DNA of 63,085 nt, filler included, from Chrysochromulina tobinii (Eukaryota), in NCBI GenBank assembly GCA_001275005.1. It is 4 parts of 4 records of this genome, joined end to end, with 100 filler letters (N's around TTAATTAATTAA, not from the genome) between each part and the next. Parts side by side here need not be neighbours in the genome. Positions count along the whole stretch, not along the records: positions 1 to 16,745 come from JWZX01000679.1; 3 more parts are not named here. One strand, 5' to 3'. Positions 1 to 10,900 of this stretch are shown here, piece by piece. Numbering within the stretch: position 1 is the first letter of the stretch; each line of letters begins with the position of its first letter. Under the pieces are notes generated by a model that saw only the letters and a list, made by a program, of their open reading frames with translations, did not search any database and was not told the DNA's origin. The position numbers and the translations under genes are program-made.

Positions 1-2
1 CG

Positions 3-245
3 CCGTCGCCGCCGCCGCCATCGCCGCCACCGTTTCCGCCCCCACCGTATCAGTTCACGTGGTTTGAAACGGCCGCCGCAGTGGCGGTCTTCTTTGCCAT
101 CCTCACCTTCACTTGCTACCTCCTCAAACACGTGGTCAATAACGTCCACCACTTCAAGAAGAAGCCGTCGCTGCCTGCCACCCCGGCGGGTATAACCATG
201 ACCATGGTCACACCGGCGACGGCCGTGCCCCAATCGGCCGTCTGA
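3..245 (+). CDS. 3' end of a Pro-rich single-pass membrane protein (5' truncated by window edge)
   Basis: Frame from 3 reads PSPPPPSPPPFPPPPYQFTWFETAAAVAVFFAILTFTCYLLKHVV...PQSAV*: SPPPP linker, hydrophobic TM segment, basic tail; TGA at 243-245. Not in the ORF track because it has no start. Confidence 0.7.
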   Translation, partial: PSPPPPSPPPFPPPPYQFTWFETAAAVAVFFAILTFTCYLLKHVVNNVHHFKKKPSLPATPAGITMTMVTPATAVPQSAV

Positions 246-2446
246 GAAAGATACGCTGCTGATTGCAGATGGCCTCGCCACGTGTGGGCGGGAGCGTACG
301 GCGGTCGTTCCCGCCGAAGGCAGGGCGTGTGGCCGCATGCCCCGGGGGCCGGAGCAGTCAGTGCTGCCGGGAGCACTGCTGCAGGGGCATGGGCATGAGT
401 ATGGGTGTGGCTGGGCAGGCTGACATCCGCCCGCCAAAACATGCCGCACGGAGGGTATTGGCGACAAGAGGGGGTGAATCGGCAGGTTCCGGACGCACAC
501 GGCAGGGAGGTACCCAGCTTAAAGGTACGATCGCCAGTGCCCGTAGTCGAGCGTTGCGTGGGCCGTGGTGGACTTGGGTGCTCTCCTGGCGTCTGGGAAG
601 TGGCGGGGCGCGCGGCGGCGCGCGGGCCGCGCGCCCGCCGCATATGAGCCCGCGAGACACTTGGCCCATGAAGTCAAAGTAGGGGGGGCGCGTGCGGGGG
701 TCTGTGTGGAGTCACATCAGTCGGACAGTGTGCGGAGCCATGAGCCCATGAAGTTTAATCAGTTCAAGGAGGGTGGCCGGCGCGGGCGGGTATCTGTGTG
801 GGGAGTCACATCAGTGGAACAGTAGTGCGGTCCAGGCGCCTCGTCAGACGCCCTCGTCCGGTCACCCGAAAACGGACTCGACGGTCTCTTAGTACAATTG
901 TACTTAGACCGCAAGACGCAGTAGACGGTCGACGCTCGTCCTCGTGGCTCGACCGCGCCGTATAGGCGGGCAGGATCTGCATCACGTCGTCTGGCGTAGG
1001 GAGTTAGTCGGGAGCGGATGCCGTCGATGCATGCCCATGATAATGCCCCGTCCGTAGTACCATACTTTTGTCGATACTTTTGCACACACACGAAATAAAC
1101 GGTGATCTCAGATCGGTCTGACGCTCGTCTCGTGGGCGATGTCGGGTAACACGCATGTGTGCGTTGTGGTTACTTTTAACTTTAATTCGCTCAGCCCTCA
1201 GAACGTGCAGAACGGGCATGGCGCGCTGCACACTAGCATGCAGCCGCCCACCGCAGCGCCGCTGTTCCGCTGCAACCGTTCGGTACGCACCTGCACTTCA
1301 ACGACGAGCACACGGCACCCACCATGCTGTCATTTTCTGGATTTGCCGCCTCCGCGTCCGCTGCCTTGGCGCCGCCGCGGCAGCCGCCGAGGAGCCACTC
1401 GATGCTAGCTTTGAAGGCCCCTCACCCAACACCTTGACTTTGCCACCGTCGTTGGTGGCGGGTCGAGGCAAGGGCGGCGGGCGCGGTGGTGGCGGGGAGG
1501 CCGTCGAGGCTGGCACATCCCCTACATCCCCTATCCCCCCCCCCCCAGCACCCCCTAGCACATACCTAGCAACCCCCCCTACATCCCCTATCACATTACC
1601 AGTGGACGGCCGTGGACGCATCGGCGGCAAGGGTGGCAAAGGCGCCGCCCCTTTGAGCCCCACACCAGCTCGTCCTGTGCCCGTCGCTGGTGCGCGAACA
1701 CGAAGCGTCGGATGAAACGAACCTTGATCCAACCGATATGTGAGTGGATGCAGAAGGCGCGGAAGCCGCTTTCGTCTTCGCGCACTGGCACCACGCGCGC
1801 CAATGAGCATATCAGCCCAGGAATGATGATCCCCTCGAGATCAATCTCATTCGTGTATAGGAATGCGCCGCTCAGCTGGCGCCCGCTCTGGCTGCTTACG
1901 CAGCGCCACCGTGCGCAGGCCCGAATACGTTACGTTCCATAAGTTCCAACTGCATCCTTTCTTAAAGGCCTTCGAGCGCCGCTCCTGCTCGAGAGTCAGT
2001 AGAGAGTCAGGTCGGTCCAGCACGGCCGTCCATCGAACTCGGTCGTCAAACGTAGACGCGAGTCTGTGCATGGACCATTGGAATGAATGTCCATGCAAAA
2101 ATCGATGAAAACCAGATCAGAGTCGTCTGCATCTTTGAAGTGCACGACAAGGTCCGCCAGATGATCACCCCACAGGCTCGGGTGCTCTCTTGTCACACTT
2201 AGGTGGATGACGTTGTAGGTCTCCATGGTGGTGCGCCGGCGTGGTAGGCGTGCCGTGGGATCCATGGCGCTGTCGGAAGAATCTTGCGCTCTTCATGAAG
2301 CGTGCGCAAGTACCCAAGAAGAATGAATTGGAGCTGCGCATCATCTGCTCATTGAACCCTTCATCGTCCCAACCAGGGTCGGCTCCATCAGCACCAAGCG
2401 CAACGGTTGACCAGGAAGTCAACGGCAGCGGCGGAAGGGGCGGCTG

Positions 2447-3631
2447 CTACTTCTTTTCTGCCGCCACCGCCCGTGCCGCTGCCACCATCCCCGAATCCGC
2501 CTCCCGACGCAGGCGCGCGTTGAGCTCCACCAAACCGAAGCTTGTCACCCAAGCATCGTACTCAGACGTTACTGCAAAGCCCGACTCAACAAACGGAGGA
2601 ATTCTGAAGGGCAGAGCTCCATGCTTGCTGCGCGTGATCTTGAGCAGGATGAACACGTTTGAAAGCTCGTTGTCGCCCAACGTGTACATGATGCTGTCGA
2701 CCGAAGGCTTGTCGAAAGAAATCTGCTCGCAGACGAGCTGCACATCTGCGCAGCCGCTGATGAGCTCTGACACACCACTCCGACGGATGTTGTTGAGCAA
2801 GTAGCACGCCCCATCCTCTTCAAGAAACGAAGACAGGACGCCAAGCAGCTGTGCAGCACCTTCTATGCTGTAAATGAGCTCGGAGCCAATGATCACGTCG
2901 AACTTCTTGGCTGAGGTCGTCGGCTTCGTGCCATCGGCACGTTCCCTCTTCATGCATTGGCCTTCTTGCAGTTCTTCTTGAAATGGCCATCGGCACGTTG
3001 CCTCCTGAGGTTTTGTCCAGTCGAGATCCCATACCGAGAGTGCGCCTCCGTCGATGGAGCCCAGATTTGCATGCACGTTCTCGAGAAGCAAGTCCAGGAG
3101 CGAGGGCGCTGAGTCATCCACGAAATGGCCCTGAAACTCCGACATTACGATTTCGCGCGGGCCAGCTGATTTGGCAATGGCAAGGCCAAGTAAGCCGCAG
3201 CCAGCTCCAAGCTCGAGCACCGAACGATCCGTAAAGATGTCTAGGTTCTGGAAGGCCCACTGCAACTGTACCAATGCGCCTTCCCACACACGAGAGCCAG
3301 TGTGCGTGCCGCATTCCTTGATCAGCAACGGCGTCACAGCAGTGAGGCTCCCGGACGAGATCCACTTCGCATAGCCGCGGACCTCTCTGCCACCCACTGC
3401 CTCTGAGTGACAACTTTGCTGAAGCGCTTTAGCCGCTCGAGCTTGGTCGGGACCCATCGGCATGCAAGCCACTGACGTGTCCGGCTCTGTCCATGGATCC
3501 TGGTTCAACGCCTCCTCGGTGCTGCAGTACGTCAGAAACGCAGGGAACACGGTGGCAATTGACGACAGCTTCGAGTCGCTAGGCACCAGGATCAGCAGTG
3601 GTTCGTATAGAACCCAAAGTCGAGTCGCCAT
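2447..3631 (-). CDS. Class I SAM-dependent protein-lysine methyltransferase (Methyltransf_16/METTL21-like)
   Basis: Motifs TGSRVWEGAL, VLELGAGCGLLGL, DLDW, FDVIIGSELIY; first ATG (MATRLW) at 3631. Confidence 0.85.
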   Translation of the reverse strand: MATRLWVLYEPLLILVPSDSKLSSIATVFPAFLTYCSTEEALNQDPWTEPDTSVACMPMGPDQARAAKALQQSCHSEAVGGREVRGYAKWISSGSLTAVTPLLIKECGTHTGSRVWEGALVQLQWAFQNLDIFTDRSVLELGAGCGLLGLAIAKSAGPREIVMSEFQGHFVDDSAPSLLDLLLENVHANLGSIDGGALSVWDLDWTKPQEATCRWPFQEELQEGQCMKRERADGTKPTTSAKKFDVIIGSELIYSIEGAAQLLGVLSSFLEEDGACYLLNNIRRSGVSELISGCADVQLVCEQISFDKPSVDSIMYTLGDNELSNVFILLKITRSKHGALPFRIPPFVESGFAVTSEYDAWVTSFGLVELNARLRREADSGMVAAARAVAAEKK

Positions 3632-4042
3632 TGCTGCGCGATCGCGCGGAGGACAAGGATTTAGCGGAGTGCCAGCAGGGCGTGCAGGAAAGGCGCGCGG
3701 GTGGTGGGAACGGGATGCCGAAAAGGTCAGCTCAGAAGAGATTTGCACGCTCGCTACTGAGACCGGGAAGCTCGGTACTGGCGTGGCCTCCCTTGCGCGC
3801 TGCCCAGGGCCGCGTAGGTGGCGTGCGTTCCCGCGCCAACGAAGGGTCCCTGCCTTTCTGGTAAACTCACTTTACGTTAGAATTTAGATGACGCCCGCCG
3901 ACCCATCCCGTCGGACTCGACCCGCGTGACGTAACACAGTACGCATGCCGGTTGCATGCGGGCGACTATATGGGGTCGTTACCCACAAGCGACGCCGTTC
4001 ACTCCGGCTACCCGAAACCCCCTCCACCCTCTGACCTCACAC

Positions 4043-6256
4043 TCACGAAGTTGAAGAAGGCATCGAACCCCCCAACCACTGGTCGGTGACGCTCGCCGCC
4101 ACGACTTCATTCACGAGGAATGCGGCAAGGTCCTGGCTGTCAAAGTAGGACGTGTGGGCTTGCAGCGCGGCCGTGTACTCGAGCGCGGCATCCAACGTAG
4201 ATTCCTGCAGCATCCAGTCCACACGCTCGCCCTGGTTGACGGCGAACCCACCGTGATCGTCGAGTGCACTTGTCGTCGGGTGCGTCCCTGCCGCCGCGGC
4301 CTCCTCCGCGAGCGTATCGATCCCGAAGAGCGACGCCATCGAGTTGAACGAGTCGGTGACAGCCATCTTGGCGCTCTCGGCGGCAGCGCTCACGGCCATC
4401 TTGGCACTTTCGGCTGGATGGCTGAGTGCCATCTGGACGGATTTGCCCGCGGCGCTCGCGACCTGTTGAGCCTGCTGCGCTTGTTGGACGACTCCCTGCA
4501 GGTCCTGGCGCAACTTAATGTGTAGGCGCATCCCACCCTTGCCGGCGCCCGCGTGGGGAACGTACCGTGGCTGCGCATCGAGCGCCTTGCGAGCGCGCGC
4601 CCAGCCATGGCCGCCGCCTCCATCCTCGGCGCCCTCCGTGGATGGGCCCTCCTCATCCGTCGGAGAGAGCAGCGGCTCGAGCCGGTAAGCCACTGGGTCG
4701 TTGCGTGCAAACACGTTGAAGAGGCGAGCACAAGACGGGCGCAGCGAAAACGTCGGGCCGAGCCTGTGGCCACGTACAGCGACAAAGAAAGCCACAGGCG
4801 AGCCAAGGAGCACGAGGGCCGAGATGTGGCAGTTGAGCCGCCCGGGCCCCTCCGCGCTCGCAACGGCAGCGCCCGTGTGGCTGCCGCCGCCGCTTGCGCA
4901 GCTGCTTGCGCCGGCGGTGGGTGCAGCAAGCGCCTCTGGGCGTGCGGCAAGGTTTGATTGGTCGTCGCAGCTGGCCGCCGCCGCGGTAGCCTCGTTCTGC
5001 GCGCGAAGGATGTCAAAGGTGATGAGGGAGCCAAGGGAATGGCCGCACAAGATCACAGGTCCGGCAAAGCCAGGGTGCTGCTGCTGCCACGCGCGATAGA
5101 TCTCGTTGATCCGGGCGACCACGCGTCCCTGGATCGCGAGCCGGTGGTGCGCTTGCTCGTAGAGGAGCACGTCGGCGAGCACCTCGTTGGCGAATTGGCG
5201 GATGAGGGGAGTGGAGCTCAGCGTGATGCGCGACAGGGTGCGAACCGCCTCCTGTGCCGCGCGGTCGCTGCGTACGCCCGTGTCCCAAGTGACAGGCAAG
5301 ATTTCCACACGCCGCAGCTCGGAGGCGCCGTGAGCACTCGCGCCGCCGTGAGCACTCGCGCCGCCGTGAGCGCTCGCGCCGCCGTGGGCGCTCGCAGCCA
5401 CGGCCGCCCTGGCCGCAAGACCTCGCAATTGGTCGCAGCCCGCTTCGATGGTCTTCAGTCCGAGTACGTTGTCGCCCTTGCGCCATAGTGCCTCTCCAAT
5501 GCCGTGGACGAGCAGCACGAGAGCGCTCGGCGGCGCGCTCTCGACGCGGCACTCGTCCTCGGTGAGCGCCGGTAGGCTCGCACCGGCCCACCCTCGCGCA
5601 ATCGAGCACGAAGAGAAGAGAGGTAGCGCGCCCAACCATGACTTGTCGGCCGAGCGCATCTCCGCAGTGACGCCGCCCTTGCCATCCTTGCTCAGCAGGA
5701 CACTGAAGCGCCCATCCGCCACCACCACTCCTGTCGATGGCCTCAACGAGCCCCCGGCGACCGCGGCTGCTGCCATCGCTGCAGCCGCCGCAGAGGCGAG
5801 AGCTCCGGCCTGAGCAACGCCACCCGCATAAATAGCTTCAGCCGATGCGGCAACATCGGCCTGCTGCGCGGCGACCAGCCGTTCCAGGCCGGGACTGATC
5901 TGCTGCATGCGAAGCATCTCTTGCAGCCGCTCCTCCAAATTCACATTGTCGGCTGAGCCAAATGGCTGCCACTGCCCCTCAAGCTTGAAGCACCAGCGAG
6001 AACAGGCCAGCGGCGTAGGCGGCGCTTCGTGGAAGCACGGCACACACTCCCCGGCCCACCGGTTGTCGTTTCCACTCTGGGGCCACAGCCTCGCCTCGGA
6101 TCTGCCGCCGTCAAGAGGCACCTTGCGTGTGCCCGCACAGCGTGCTTTGGCAAGGCGCGTCTGCTCGTGCGGTCGCATGCGAATCCACCTTCCTTCCACG
6201 TGTACTAGCCACGCCTCGGGAACGTCGCCGAGCTTTAGCGTGCTGCTCGAGTACAT
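4043..6256 (-). CDS. DDHD-domain intracellular phospholipase A1 (DDHD1/DDHD2/SEC23IP-like)
   Basis: LVLLVHGIG, RVEILPVTW, lipase box GHSLGS, LGSPVAFF, NVFARNDPVAYRLEP, RVDWMLQE, AHTSYF; likely ATG (MYSSSTL) at 6256; internal ASAHGG repeats. Confidence 0.88.
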   Translation of the reverse strand: MYSSSTLKLGDVPEAWLVHVEGRWIRMRPHEQTRLAKARCAGTRKVPLDGGRSEARLWPQSGNDNRWAGECVPCFHEAPPTPLACSRWCFKLEGQWQPFGSADNVNLEERLQEMLRMQQISPGLERLVAAQQADVAASAEAIYAGGVAQAGALASAAAAAMAAAAVAGGSLRPSTGVVVADGRFSVLLSKDGKGGVTAEMRSADKSWLGALPLFSSCSIARGWAGASLPALTEDECRVESAPPSALVLLVHGIGEALWRKGDNVLGLKTIEAGCDQLRGLAARAAVAASAHGGASAHGGASAHGGASAHGASELRRVEILPVTWDTGVRSDRAAQEAVRTLSRITLSSTPLIRQFANEVLADVLLYEQAHHRLAIQGRVVARINEIYRAWQQQHPGFAGPVILCGHSLGSLITFDILRAQNEATAAAASCDDQSNLAARPEALAAPTAGASSCASGGGSHTGAAVASAEGPGRLNCHISALVLLGSPVAFFVAVRGHRLGPTFSLRPSCARLFNVFARNDPVAYRLEPLLSPTDEEGPSTEGAEDGGGGHGWARARKALDAQPRYVPHAGAGKGGMRLHIKLRQDLQGVVQQAQQAQQVASAAGKSVQMALSHPAESAKMAVSAAAESAKMAVTDSFNSMASLFGIDTLAEEAAAAGTHPTTSALDDHGGFAVNQGERVDWMLQESTLDAALEYTAALQAHTSYFDSQDLAAFLVNEVVAASVTDQWLGGSMPSSTS

Positions 6257-6457
6257 GCTGCGCGCTCGGGTCACAGCTGTGCGAGGTCGGCGGGCGCTCG
6301 TCTTCCGTCTCCAGGAAATCAAGACACAAGAGGGCAGAGCGCGGAGCTGTGAAAACGACAGACGTTCACAGCTCTCCATGAACTCGATGTCCTAGCCCTT
6401 CCTTTTACGAACTACACCGGGTTCGGCACCCCTGATTCAGACCCTCGGAGCCAGCCA

Positions 6458-7700
6458 TCAAGCCGTGCATTCTGCTGGCGATGGGGATGGGGTTCGTCTT
6501 GTCATCTTGTCATCGGCCCATGGGTTATCATCGTGCCTCGCTGGCGAGAGAGGCGCCTCCTCCAGGTCCTCCTTATGATGCTCCACATGGTGCGCCTGGC
6601 CTCTGCCCGTCCACTCAGATCCGAAGCTCTCCTCGTCATAGCGCCCGCTCTCTTGTGCCGTGAAGACCTCATCCTCAGACTGAGACTCCGAGATTCGACT
6701 CAGCCGATCCGAAAACATGGGCACCAACGAGTCGAAGCTCCGGCTTACCAGAATATGCTTGGCTGGCCGGCCACCGGGGGCGTGCAGCTTGCTGCTCCGG
6801 AAGCGCAAGGCGTCGTGCCATTGGGACGCATGCCAGTGCGTGGGCGTCGTCTCGGCCCAACCCGAGTCTGCCATGGCCGCTTTGAGAGTGGCACACGAAT
6901 GCAGCAGCGCCATGAGTACGCACACTCCAAAGCACATGCTGAAGGCCACTGGGAGCCACCCGATGGCAAGGTCGCTTCCGAACGATGGGACCGCGTGCAC
7001 GTCGACGGGCAGTCCTTCGTGAAGGAAATCAACCCCATTCGGCGAAATCCACGCTGTGAGGACGTCACCCCCGCGCCCGCGTGCGCCGCTCGCCAGAAGC
7101 CCGCCCGCCTTCGAGAGCAGATCAGGCGTCTTACATTGTAGCCACGTCTCGTTCTCGTTCGAGGGACGCTTGAACCTCCATGAGTCGGACCGTGCGACGA
7201 TGACGGCCGACACGACGACGAGCTTGTGCTTGTCACCGCGGTCGGCACCTGCGAAACGGCAGCGCGCAAGATGATCCCGGCCGCCGTTGATTTCCGTCGA
7301 CGGCCAATCAACCACTGCAAAGACTATGGGCACGCTTCCCGCTGACACCGGCACGCGTTGCGGCGAGAGCCAGAGCAGTGAAGGCGAACGGTAGAAGGCG
7401 AACGAAGCATGAGTGGGACGAACAGTGTGCCCAGACCGATGGATGATGGATAACGGCAGAGTGGTCTCGTTGGCTACTGGTGGAGTACAGCGCGTTCTTA
7501 GCCTTCTCCGCTGAGCCTTCTCGCGCTGCCGTCGTGGTGTCCTCGGCGGTCCCGGCCCCGCGTGGTACCAGAGAGCAGTTGAGCCGCGCTTTGCCGACGA
7601 GCACATCGTGTGCCGCTCCAAAGTCACGGTGGTGCAGGATGAATAGGGCGGTTCCTCCGCTCAACGGTCCGAAGGCCGGACGTAGGTCGAGTGATGTCAT
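6458..7700 (-). CDS. IPT/TIG-domain single-pass membrane protein, split across two frames (short intron or frameshift near 7490-7565)
   Basis: MTSLDLRPAFGPLSGGT (IPT start) is in one frame; RCTPPV...FAFY, LSPQRVP, ARCRF, LQCKTP, ISPNGVDF and TM WLPVAFSMCFGVCVLMALL are in the 6458..7627 frame. Confidence 0.55.
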
Positions 7701-7900
7701 GTCACGCGCAGTGGTCGCCACCCGTCCGGGCAATGGACGGATCGCGACCCACCAGGCAGACTCTCTGCAAAGTCTTATCGTGCCGTCTGCGCGTTGTTCT
7801 GAGCTTGATGGTGACCGGCAGTGCGCGCGCTTCGACGCGTTGTGTTGAACGTGCGTGATTGGCAAACTTCACGCTCCCGCGCCGCACCCGCTGGAAGGCC

Positions 7901-10900
7901 ATGACGTTGCTCGAGCTGTGCGCCGCCTCCAAGTGGGAGGAGGTGCTCAAGCTCAAGAGCTTTCCTCCCGAGCAGGTGCACCTGTCCACCAAAGACGAGG
8001 GATGGACGCCGCTACACTATGCCTGCATCGAAGAGCAGCTTGCCGTGGTCAAGCGGCTGCTCAAGGAGGGCGCTGATCCGTCCTCGGGCGACAGTGAGGG
8101 GACGACAGCCGTCCACATCGCGGCGACGCTGCCTTCTGTCGCGATGCTGCGAGCGCTCTTTGAGGGTGCTGCCGTGAAAGTCAACCCCGATCAGGGTGAC
8201 AGGAATGGCAGCACGGCACTGCATCTTGCCGCGGACGTGGTGGAGAAAGACGCAATCGCTGAGGCCGCCGAATGCATCGCGGTGCTTCTCGAAAGGGGGG
8301 CTTCGGCTTCGGCCAAAGACAAGAGCGGCAAGACGCCGCTCGACCTCGCCAAGCACGACGAGATTCGTGACGCGCTCGCTGGCACGAAGCTGTCCGCTCG
8401 CGTGGCACGCCGGCTCGCAGGCAAAAAGGGCGGGGCGTCCGACGACGCGTCAGCCGACGCCGTCGCCGGCCCTACCACCGCCCCCGCATCAGCGCCGAGC
8501 GCCGAGCCACCCTCGACACCACGTGGTTCCCTCAAGCGCGGGAGCAAGCGCACGCAGGTGGGCGTGCTGAATGTCGCTGGTGCCGATTCGAGCGCGAGCG
8601 GCGGCGCCAAGGCGGAGAAGGCGAAGAAGGCGGACGAGGCAGCCGCCGCGACCGAAACCAAGGCGGGGCTGCAACGGCGGCGCCGCCCAGGCACGGGTGC
8701 CAGCGCTGCGGGCGGCGGCGCTGGCGCGGCCGCTGCGAGTGGCAGTGGCAGCCCCAAAAAGGAGCGCCGGACGCGCACGAGTGGAGGCGCGGCCGCAGGT
8801 GCGGCGGGCGGTTCCGGCGTCGGCGACGCCTCCGCAGAGGCGCAGACGAGCCGCCTTGAGCAGATGCTCATCGAGGAGCTCGAGGCCGACGATGCGGCGG
8901 GCGGCATCACATTCGACTTGGCGCTCGAGCTGCTGCCGCCCGAGCACGCCAAGGACGCGCGTCGCCGCGCCGCCGCTTCCACGAAGAAAAAGGGCGGCGA
9001 GGGAGCTGGCGCCGAGCAAGATCCCGAGGAGGCGATCGCGTATGACGTGGCGAGTGGCGACGCTACGCTGACGCGCACGGCGCTGCTGCAGCGCGTGCGT
9101 GCGCCCTCGGTGGGACTGGAGACGCGCTTGGTGTGGCACCCAACAGCGGAGAATGTGGCTTTCCTCCTCGTGGGCGCGAGCCTCCCGCGGCTGGCGCGCG
9201 AGGCCGAGCGGATCGACTGGCCCATGCAGCTGCGCCCCGGTCTCGAGGAGCGGTTGCACCTCGAGCGCGAGCAGCAGCATGGGGGCCAGGATGAGGCGGC
9301 GGCCGAGGCTGTAGCAGCCGAGCTCGAGGCGCTCGAGGCGCTCGACGGCAGGGACACCGCGTACGCCCCCTACCGACGGCGCGTGCACCGCCTCTACCAG
9401 CTCGGCGCCCCTCCCCACGTCTTCGCGTGCGCCGCGCGCGCACACATCCTCACATCCATCCTCGAGGCACCGCAAGCGGTGGGCGGCGCAGAGCTCTCTC
9501 TGTCGACCCTCGAGCGCTCGCGCGTCGTGCAGCAGGTCTTCGCGCTGCATGACATGCGCGAGCGGCGCGCGCTTGAGGAGCGATGGTCCGCCTCGGCCTC
9601 GCTCGGCCTCGCGCCCGCCCCGCTCACCGAGCTCTACAATTATTTTGGCGCCGAGTACGCGCTCTACTTCGCCTTCCTGCGCCGCTTCTCACAGTGGCTC
9701 TGGGCGCCGGCGGCGCTCGGGCTCGTGCTCTTCGTGTTTAACGAGACCGAGTACGCGGGGCAGGAGTCGGTCTGGCAGGCCCTCTACTGCCTGCTCATCG
9801 TGCTCTGGGCCTCGGCGTTCCTGCAGCACTGGACGCGCACCCAGGCCGGCCTCTGCCACCAGTGGGCGATCAACGACGGCCACGGGCCGCACGCGGCTGC
9901 AAGCGACCCGACCGCGACGGCGGGCGAGGCGCCCGCGGCCGAGCGCGAGGAGTTCGTGGCTGCCAACCACGCGGTCGGCTTCTACACGTCGAACGACGAC
10001 TTTGTGGCCCTCGATGCAGAGGTGGTGCCAGATGGCGTGCCGTTGCCGCTCGTGGGCGTCTTCGGCCGTCGGGAGCGGCTGCGGCGGCTCATGCTCTCGT
10101 GGGCCGTGCTCGTCGCATTCGTGGCGGCCGCCGTGTGCGCGCAGCTCGGGCTGCTCCTCGGCCGATCGCTGCTCATCACGCGGGGGCCCAGCGCCTGGTG
10201 GAGCGGCCAGATCCTCGGCAGCCTCTTCACCGCCGTTGTGGTCGAACTCTTCGACGCGGTCCTCCGACCACTCGTCGACGCGCTGCTCGCATGGCAGAAC
10301 CACCGCTCCGCCGCGCGCCATGAAGTCCACTTTGCACAGCAGCTCTTCTTCGCCGCCTTCTGCAACCGCTTCTTCTCGCCGCTGTACCTGACGCTGCTCA
10401 AGCCGCTCTCGCTCCACTACCTCTTCCACAGCGCCGACACGCCCGGCGCCGTGCTCGAGGTTTGCTACGATCGCGACGGCAGTCCGTCCGACAGCTGCGC
10501 CGAGGAGCTCACCACGCTCGTGGGCGCGCTGGTCATCGTGAATTGCGTCGTGCAGAACGGGATCGAGTACGCGTCGGCCACGCGCGCCCTCAGCCGGCTG
10601 CAGCGGACACCGGGCGGCCGCGTGACCCATGAGGCGTCGATGGGCTCGGCCCAGTCGGCTGGCGGCGAGTTCTCGGAGCTCATCATGTCGTACGCGATGG
10701 TGGCTCTCTTCGGTGGCGCGTTCCTGCCCGCCGCCGCGTTCGCGCTGATCAACAACGCACTCGAGGCGCGCCTGGACTCGCATGCCTTCCTTCGCTGCCA
10801 GCAGCGGCCGCGTATGCAGCTCTCGCACCTGATGGCGACGTGGCGTCCAGTGCTCCAGCTCATCTCGCTGCTCGCGATCGTGACGAACACGGTGCTCGTG

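Noticed and set aside
1591..2446. Short minus-strand ORFs downstream of the methyltransferase, one in frame after its TAG (possible readthrough or pseudogene)
   Set aside because: No recognisable domain and several frame breaks; cannot be supported without homology data.
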